64,000 nucleotides of DNA from Flavobacterium sp. GTDB lineage: Bacteria > Bacteroidota > Bacteroidia > Flavobacteriales > Flavobacteriaceae. Positions 57,437 through 64,000 of the stretch are shown in pieces. A program made the position numbers and the translations under genes. Positions within the stretch are counted from its first letter, which is position 1. Each line of letters starts with the position of its first letter. The notes under the pieces were generated by a model. It was not told the origin of the DNA and did not search any database. It worked only from the letters and a program-made list of their open reading frames with translations. The stretch is from contig DALYCS010000001.1 in assembly GCA_031973615.1 (NCBI GenBank), forward strand, positions 6,708 to 70,707, read 5' to 3'.

Positions 57437-59707
57437 ATGGAATCACTATCAGCCGCCGCCCAATATACACTTCAATTTATCAACCAAACCAATAAATCTC
57501 TTTTTCTGACCGGAAAAGCTGGAACTGGAAAAACGACACTATTAAAAGAAATTATTGCTACCACACACAAAAACACAGTCGTAGTAGCGCCCACAGGAAT
57601 TGCCGCTTTAAATGCTAACGGGGTAACGATTCACTCCCTTTTTCAATTGCCCTTTGCGGCTTTTATCCCAAATGACCAGCCACTTGTCCACTTTTCTAAT
57701 TTTGTAAAATTTGAAAATCGCGATTCGTTAGCCAGGCATTTTAAAATGAATGCAACCAAGCGTTCGGTGCTTCAAAATATGGAATTGCTCATCATTGATG
57801 AGGTGTCTATGCTTCGCGCCGATATTTTAGACGCAATGGATTTTATGTTGCGCAAAGTAAGACGAAACGAAAAGCCTTTTGGAGGTGTTCAAGTCCTTTT
57901 CATAGGAGATCTATTACAGCTGCCCCCTGTGGTAAAAAATGAAGAATGGGAATTGTTGAAACAGTATTATCGAGGCATGTTTTTTTTCCATTCGCACATT
58001 CTGCAGCAATATCCTCCACTGTATATTGAGTTGGATAAAATTTTTAGGCAATCAGATCCCGAATTTATTGGAGTTTTAAATAATTTACGTCACAATACGA
58101 TCACTTCGAGCGACATCAACACCTTGAATCAATTTGTCCGGCCAAATTTCGATTTAAAACATCATCCAGGATTCATTATTCTTACGACTCATAATGCAAA
58201 AGCTGATGCGATAAATGCGCAATCGCTTCAAGATTTGAAAGGTAAAACATTCACTTTTTTACCCGAAATTACAGCCGATTTTCCCGAAAAAATATTTCCA
58301 TTAGACGATAAGCTTCAATTAAAAGTTGGCGCACAAGTTATGTTTATTAAAAACGATTTGAGTTTTGAAAAAAATTACTTCAACGGAAAAATGGGTATAG
58401 TCAAATCGTTAACTGAAAACGAAATTTATGTCCACTTTCCCGAAGAAAATAGGACCATTGAAGTGGAGCGTTATGAATGGCAAAATATTCGATACAAAGT
58501 CAATGAAAATACCAAAGAAATTGAAGAGGAAGTCATCGGAACGTTTGTGCAATATCCAATAAAATTAGCATGGGCCATTACGGTTCATAAAAGTCAAGGA
58601 TTAACTTTTGACAAAGCTGCAATAGATGTGTCGCAGGTTTTTGCGCCAGGCCAAGCCTACGTGGCTTTATCTCGTTTGCGTTCGTTAAACGGATTGGTAT
58701 TGTTGTCACCATTGCAAATGAATGGAATTTCAAGCGATGAAACAGTGCTACAGTATGCCGCATCTAAAGCTACAAACGAAGTACTACAAGTTGCGTTGGC
58801 GCAAGAAACTAAAACCTATTGGCTGAACATGCTATCCCACTCGTTTGATTTTAAAACGTTGGGGCAAGAGTGGCGCAACCATTTGTACAGTTACAATGCA
58901 GAAGCCCCTAAGTCGCCTAAAGCCAAACATTATGATTGGGCCAAAAACCAACACGAACAGCTGAACGCTTTATTGTTGCCTTCGGAAAAGTTTGTCTCTC
59001 AATTGCAAAAAATATTTCACGAACAAGAACTAGACACTTATTTTGTGAAGGAACGTTGTGATGCAGCATATCAGTATTTTTTCAAGGCCCTAGATCAAAT
59101 TGCAGAAGCGTTATTGTTGAAAATAGAAGAAGTAAAAAGGCTAAAAAAGGTTAAGGAGTTATACGACGATTTAGCAGCATTAGAAACACTTCAAATAAAA
59201 GCCATACTGCAACTCAAAAAAGCACAAGCGTTAACTGATTGTTTTGTTGAAGGAAAAGAAATTTCAAAAAAAAGCATCAAACAAGAAGACATCAACACCT
59301 ACAAAATCAATAAACTTGTTGTGGTTGCCGAACGATTTAGAACTCAATTTACTGCATTGGCAAATGAAGATGAAGAGTATTATTCCGAATCAAACCAGAA
59401 AAAAACAAAAGAACCCAAGAAATCAACCATAGAAGAAACCCTGGTTTTGTGGAACCAAAACCTATCGCTTTACGATATTGCCAAGCAACGTAAATTGACC
59501 CCGCAAACCATTTATAATCATTTTGCAAAATTGATTCAAATGGAAATGGTGCAACTTTCCGATTTATTGCCAGAAGACAAAATCTCGGATTTGAAGGCAG
59601 CTTTCAAAGATTTTAAAGGAGAAAGTTTGGGCGAACTAAAAGAAGTTCACGGCGATCATTTCTCCTGGGACGAATTACGATTGTATAAAGCGAGTTTAGG
59701 AAATTAG
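57437..59707 (+). CDS. Pif1/RecD-like SF1B helicase with C-terminal helix-turn-helix
   Basis: TGKAGTGKT, APTGIAA, IIDEVSM, GDLLQLPPV, AITVHKSQG and GQAYVALSR motifs. Confidence 0.9.
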   Translation: MESLSAAAQYTLQFINQTNKSLFLTGKAGTGKTTLLKEIIATTHKNTVVVAPTGIAALNANGVTIHSLFQLPFAAFIPNDQPLVHFSNFVKFENRDSLARHFKMNATKRSVLQNMELLIIDEVSMLRADILDAMDFMLRKVRRNEKPFGGVQVLFIGDLLQLPPVVKNEEWELLKQYYRGMFFFHSHILQQYPPLYIELDKIFRQSDPEFIGVLNNLRHNTITSSDINTLNQFVRPNFDLKHHPGFIILTTHNAKADAINAQSLQDLKGKTFTFLPEITADFPEKIFPLDDKLQLKVGAQVMFIKNDLSFEKNYFNGKMGIVKSLTENEIYVHFPEENRTIEVERYEWQNIRYKVNENTKEIEEEVIGTFVQYPIKLAWAITVHKSQGLTFDKAAIDVSQVFAPGQAYVALSRLRSLNGLVLLSPLQMNGISSDETVLQYAASKATNEVLQVALAQETKTYWLNMLSHSFDFKTLGQEWRNHLYSYNAEAPKSPKAKHYDWAKNQHEQLNALLLPSEKFVSQLQKIFHEQELDTYFVKERCDAAYQYFFKALDQIAEALLLKIEEVKRLKKVKELYDDLAALETLQIKAILQLKKAQALTDCFVEGKEISKKSIKQEDINTYKINKLVVVAERFRTQFTALANEDEEYYSESNQKKTKEPKKSTIEETLVLWNQNLSLYDIAKQRKLTPQTIYNHFAKLIQMEMVQLSDLLPEDKISDLKAAFKDFKGESLGELKEVHGDHFSWDELRLYKASLGN

Positions 59708-60093
59708 CCCAACAAGAAAACCCCTAAAACCGCAGGAATAAAGTAAATTACTATGGTTCGTGCACCATCGTAATCTTTTGCCAAACGTTGTCCAAAAAGT
59801 AACAGCAACAATGTAACACAAGAAACAACAGCACCATAAAACCCCAAACCGGCTGTAACATGTTGTTGTACATATAGTTGTATAATGCCCGAAACACACA
59901 ATACACCGGCAATGATTTCCAAAACAAGAACAATCATCAATGCCAAAGGCACTTGTTTGGCTAAAACGGTTGCTGCAAAATGATCGGTCAACCAAGCCAC
60001 ATTACCTTTCCAATCTTTAATTTTATCGTATCCAGATTGTAAAAAAGTGATTGCCAATAGAGCGAGAACTAAAATAGGAGCTGCTTCTGTCAT
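59704..60093 (-). CDS. DoxX family membrane protein
   Basis: FLQSGYDKIKDW and FGQRLAKDY motifs; about 4 TMs. Confidence 0.8.
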   Translation of the reverse strand: MTEAAPILVLALLAITFLQSGYDKIKDWKGNVAWLTDHFAATVLAKQVPLALMIVLVLEIIAGVLCVSGIIQLYVQQHVTAGLGFYGAVVSCVTLLLLLFGQRLAKDYDGARTIVIYFIPAVLGVFLLG

Positions 60094-60095
60094 AA

Positions 60096-61247
60096 TTAAG
60101 CGTTTTTATGTATTAAACGTGTTAGTTTTATGGATAAGTCGGTTAAGATAATTTTACTATTTCCATTGCGTTCAATGTGGTAAATAGCATCTTCCAACTC
60201 TTTGTAAATATCAGTAATATTTGCACCATTTACAAATGGAGCAAATTTTTCCAATTCAAATTTTTCTACGTTAGTCTCCAAAAACACCAAAGGATTTACG
60301 TTATAATTGAGCAATAATGCCTGTCTAAAAAAATGAATGCAATAGTGTAAAAATTGTTTTTGCGTTTCTCTTCCGGTGGCGGCTATTTTTTCGCTCCAAG
60401 CAATTAAATCGTTTATCGCTGCCGCATTTCCTTTGGCCCTAAAGGCACTTCTTACCCACTCTATAAACCATTCATCAAAAGGGAATTCATCATTTTCTTT
60501 TCGTAAAATATGAAGGGCTTTGTTGTAATTGCCTTCGCTTTGATGGGCAATTTTTTTGGCTTCTATGGGGTCGCAATTTTCACGGGAAACCAATCCCTCT
60601 GCGATAGCGCTTTCACTCAAACCCATAAAATCAATAATTTGACAACGCGATACTATAGTTTGTAACAGATCGCCTGTATTCTCGGTAATGAGGATAAAAA
60701 CAGTCTTGGCCGGTGGTTCTTCTAATAATTTTAATAATTTATTAGCGGAAGGGCCGTTCATTTTATCGGCCATCCAAATGATCATTACTTTATAACCGCC
60801 TTCATAGGCTTTTAAGGCTAATTTTTTATTGATTTCAGTGGCTTCGTCTACACTTATCAACCCCTGTTTGTTTTGAATGCCCAAATTACGCAACCAATCA
60901 AACAAACTTCCATAAGGTGATTCCGATAAAAATTGGCGCCATTCAACCATAAAATGATCGCTTATAGGATGACTTTTAATAGCATCGGTAGTGGCAACAG
61001 GAAAAACAAAATGCAAATCGGGATGCGAAAAATGGTCAAATTTTAGGTTACAAGCGGTGTTTTCGCCTACATTTTCACCACCTACATTTTCACACAACAA
61101 ATATTGCGCATAGGCAATAGCCATGGGTAGTGTTCCAGATCCTTCTGGACCGACAAACAATTGAGCATGCGGAATTCTTCCGGCCTCAGCACTTTTAGTG
61201 AGGTGGTTTTTAATGTGAACTTGGCCTAAAATATCGTTAAAAAGCAT
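60096..61247 (-). CDS. holB: DNA polymerase III delta-prime subunit
   Basis: IPHAQLFVGPEG, HPDLHF, ANKLLKLLEEPP and TIVSRCQ motifs. Confidence 0.9.
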   Translation of the reverse strand: MLFNDILGQVHIKNHLTKSAEAGRIPHAQLFVGPEGSGTLPMAIAYAQYLLCENVGGENVGENTACNLKFDHFSHPDLHFVFPVATTDAIKSHPISDHFMVEWRQFLSESPYGSLFDWLRNLGIQNKQGLISVDEATEINKKLALKAYEGGYKVMIIWMADKMNGPSANKLLKLLEEPPAKTVFILITENTGDLLQTIVSRCQIIDFMGLSESAIAEGLVSRENCDPIEAKKIAHQSEGNYNKALHILRKENDEFPFDEWFIEWVRSAFRAKGNAAAINDLIAWSEKIAATGRETQKQFLHYCIHFFRQALLLNYNVNPLVFLETNVEKFELEKFAPFVNGANITDIYKELEDAIYHIERNGNSKIILTDLSIKLTRLIHKNA

Positions 61248-61403
61248 ACAACAAACCTAATCAAATTTTCCTGAATTGTAAACGAAACATGCGAAAAAAA
61301 CGAAAGAGGAACGTTTTAAATTTTTACTAAATATCTGCTTTCGTATAAAGATTTAGCCTACAATAAATTATATTTGCATACTTCGAAACTAAAAACACAC
61401 ATA

Positions 61404-62591
61404 ATGAAAACACTTAACGACTTCAATTTCAATTCCAAAAAAGCCATTATCCGAGTAGATTTTAACGTTCCTTTAGATGATAACTTCAAAGTGACTGACA
61501 CTACCCGTATAGAAGCAGCAAAACCCACAATTGATAAAATATTGAACGACGGAGGGAGTGTGATATTAATGAGTCACTTGGGCCGACCAAAAGGGAATGA
61601 AGCAAAATATTCGCTGCAACACATAGTTGCAAAAACGGAAGAAATTTTAGGAAGAAAGGTGCATTTTGCAGCAGATTGTATCGGGGAAGTTGCCGAAACA
61701 GCCGCAAAAAATTTACAACCAGGCGAAATCTTATTATTAGAAAATCTTCGTTTTTATCCTGAAGAAGAAAAGGGTGATGTGGCATTTTCAAAAAAATTAG
61801 CCGCATTAGGAGATATTTATGTCAACGATGCTTTTGGAACGGCACACCGTGCACACGCTTCCACTACCATTATTGCACAGTTTTTTCAAGATGCTAAATG
61901 TTTCGGGTATTTATTAGCCAAAGAAATCGAGAGTATTGAAAAAGTATTAAAAAACTCAGAAAAACCAGTAGTCGCCATTTTAGGAGGCAGTAAAGTTTCT
62001 TCTAAAATTACGGTAATCGAAAATATACTAGACAAAGTAAACCACATGATTATTGGTGGCGGAATGACTTTTACGTTTGTGAAAGCCTTAGGAGGATCTA
62101 TTGGCGATTCGATTTGTGAAGATGACAAACTAGAATTGGCCATCGAAATATTAAAACAAGCCAAAGAAAAAGGCGTTCAAATTCACATTCCTATTGATGT
62201 GGTGGCAGCAGATGCTTTTTCCAACACCGCAAATACACAAGTAGTCGATGTAAAACAAATCCCAGACGGATGGCAGGGTCTTGACGCAGGTCCGAAATCG
62301 TTAGCTATTTTTAAACGCATTATTTTAGATTCCAAAACAATCCTTTGGAACGGACCTTTAGGCGTTTTTGAAATGGAAAATTTTGCAAATGGAACCATTG
62401 CTTTGGGCGAATATATTGCCGAATCAACTGCAAATGGAGCTTTTTCATTAGTAGGCGGTGGTGATAGTGTAGCTGCTGTAAAACAATTTGGTCTCGAGCC
62501 AAAAATGAGCTATGTGTCTACCGGTGGTGGTGCCATGTTAGAAATGTTAGAAGGCAGAACCCTACCCGGAATTGCTGCCATTTTAGAATAA
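61404..62591 (+). CDS. pgk: Phosphoglycerate kinase; likely start ATG 61404
   Basis: [31 protein letters not shown] and STGGGA motifs; TATATTTG -7 element at 61369-61376. Confidence 0.98.
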   Translation: MKTLNDFNFNSKKAIIRVDFNVPLDDNFKVTDTTRIEAAKPTIDKILNDGGSVILMSHLGRPKGNEAKYSLQHIVAKTEEILGRKVHFAADCIGEVAETAAKNLQPGEILLLENLRFYPEEEKGDVAFSKKLAALGDIYVNDAFGTAHRAHASTTIIAQFFQDAKCFGYLLAKEIESIEKVLKNSEKPVVAILGGSKVSSKITVIENILDKVNHMIIGGGMTFTFVKALGGSIGDSICEDDKLELAIEILKQAKEKGVQIHIPIDVVAADAFSNTANTQVVDVKQIPDGWQGLDAGPKSLAIFKRIILDSKTILWNGPLGVFEMENFANGTIALGEYIAESTANGAFSLVGGGDSVAAVKQFGLEPKMSYVSTGGGAMLEMLEGRTLPGIAAILE

Positions 62592-62655
62592 CAACAATAA
62601 AAACCCTGATCCTTAAGTTATTAGTTTTTATATAGCCCCAAAAAACAAAACAATA

Positions 62656-64000
62656 ATGAAAAAATCAATGCTCTTTATCTCGCTGTTGCTCACACTTGTT
62701 GGTTTTGGACAGGAGCATGCCGAGAAAGAATTTAACCTACAGATTTCCAAAGTTTCCTACCTAGATTCTTTGAAAGCGACTTTTATCAACCACAGTACGA
62801 GTACTTGTATAGATGAGCGATGGATTGCCGAATTAGCAAATATTGAATTATCAGAAAACATGTTTTCGGACATTTCCAAAATCAATATTGATGAGGAAGT
62901 TGCCTATAGCCTGTCTTCTGAAGTGGTGAAAAAACGATTGGCCAAATTAGACGCCCGATCTCCATTTCACATCGAATACAATCCGGCATTAGAAAACACT
63001 ATAAAGGCTTTTTTAAAGAACCGAAAACCAGCCTTTGAACGTTTAATGGCTATTTCCGAATATTATTTTCCCATGTTTGAAGAACATTTGGCAAAATATA
63101 ACATTCCCATGGAGTTGAAATATTTAGCCATAGTAGAATCGGCATTAAATCCTACCGCAAAATCGAGAGTAGGCGCATCCGGATTGTGGCAATTTATGTA
63201 TCCTACGGGAAAACAATACAACTTAGAAGTCAATTCGTATGTAGACGAACGCTACGATCCATTAAAAGCTACTGAAGCTGCGTGTCAATATTTGTCAAAT
63301 TTATATGGTATTTTTGGTGATTGGAGCTTGGTTTTAGCCTCTTATAATGCAGGTCCGGGCAATGTGTCCAAAGCCATCAGAAGATCGGGTGGTAGTCAAA
63401 ATTATTGGAACATTCGCAAAAACCTCCCGCGAGAAACGGCGAATTATGTTCCGGCCTTTTTAGCGACTATGTATATTTATGAATACAGAAAAGAACATGG
63501 TTTACAACCCAAAAAAGCCGCCATTACTTATTTTAAAACCGATACCATTCAAATCAAAAAACAGGTGTCTTTCAAGCAAATTTCGGAGTTGTTAGATATT
63601 CCGGTGCATCAATTGGAATTTTTAAATCCAATTTACAAGTTAAAAGTCATTCCGTATGAACAAGATAAAGCCCATTTTTTGCGTTTGCCAAAAAATAAAA
63701 TTGGCTTATTTGTGTCTAATGAAGATAAAATTTATGCATACATTGATTATTTAAAAGCCTTAACCGAAAAAATCAAGCTCGAACTACGCCCGATGGTAAA
63801 AGATTCCTTGGTTTCGGTTCCTCAGGACATTGTGACGGCTCCATTAATTTCGGAAGAGAATGTGATTTTTTATAAAGTACAACGAGGTGATCATTTAAAG
63901 AAAATAGCCGACAAATATGGAGTAACCGTGTCCGAATTAAAACAATGGAATGCTTTACAATCCACGACTCTTTTTGCGGGCAGCCGCATTAAGATCTATG
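62656..64000 (+). CDS. MltD-like lytic transglycosylase with LysM domain; runs off the window end and is not in the ORF track
   Basis: Hand translation gives a signal peptide, YLAIVESALNP, GASGLWQFM, LASYNAGPG, ETANYVPAF and a LysM-like YKVQRGDHLKKIADKYGV. Confidence 0.92.
   Translation, partial: MKKSMLFISLLLTLVGFGQEHAEKEFNLQISKVSYLDSLKATFINHSTSTCIDERWIAELANIELSENMFSDISKINIDEEVAYSLSSEVVKKRLAKLDARSPFHIEYNPALENTIKAFLKNRKPAFERLMAISEYYFPMFEEHLAKYNIPMELKYLAIVESALNPTAKSRVGASGLWQFMYPTGKQYNLEVNSYVDERYDPLKATEAACQYLSNLYGIFGDWSLVLASYNAGPGNVSKAIRRSGGSQNYWNIRKNLPRETANYVPAFLATMYIYEYRKEHGLQPKKAAITYFKTDTIQIKKQVSFKQISELLDIPVHQLEFLNPIYKLKVIPYEQDKAHFLRLPKNKIGLFVSNEDKIYAYIDYLKALTEKIKLELRPMVKDSLVSVPQDIVTAPLISEENVIFYKVQRGDHLKKIADKYGVTVSELKQWNALQSTTLFAGSRIKIY

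Noticed and set aside
57437..60093. Helicase + DoxX as an anti-phage defence system
   Set aside because: Convergent genes in a housekeeping context, with no nuclease, effector or mobility genes nearby

Overview
AT-rich chromosomal segment that looks like a Flavobacterium/Flavobacteriaceae (Bacteroidota) genome, judged from protein sequences, gene neighbourhoods and many TAnnTTTG -7 promoter elements. It is mostly housekeeping: recA, trpS, dprA, upp, purD, tatA, tex, rpiB, rnr, folB, glnS, gltX, ybeY, mnmG, holB, pgk, a truncated mltD and one tRNA-Cys. A surface-glycan locus lies at about 13.8-26.1 kb. The main non-coding signals are (1) a probable replication origin in the ~700 bp rpiB-rnr gap, with DnaA-box-like 9-mers, a tandem box/DnaA-trio/AT-rich module and a switch in gene orientation, but no dnaA in the window; (2) three parS palindromes around mnmG, one encoding the C-terminus of YbeY; (3) a possible tiny 25-30 bp mobile repeat, seen once in frame inside gltX and once nested in a REP-like hairpin; (4) a double palindromic operator beside the promoter of padR and two paralogous membrane-protein genes. 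I saw no CRISPR array, rRNA, transposase, integrase or prophage. All family assignments come from recognising motifs by eye; no searches were run.
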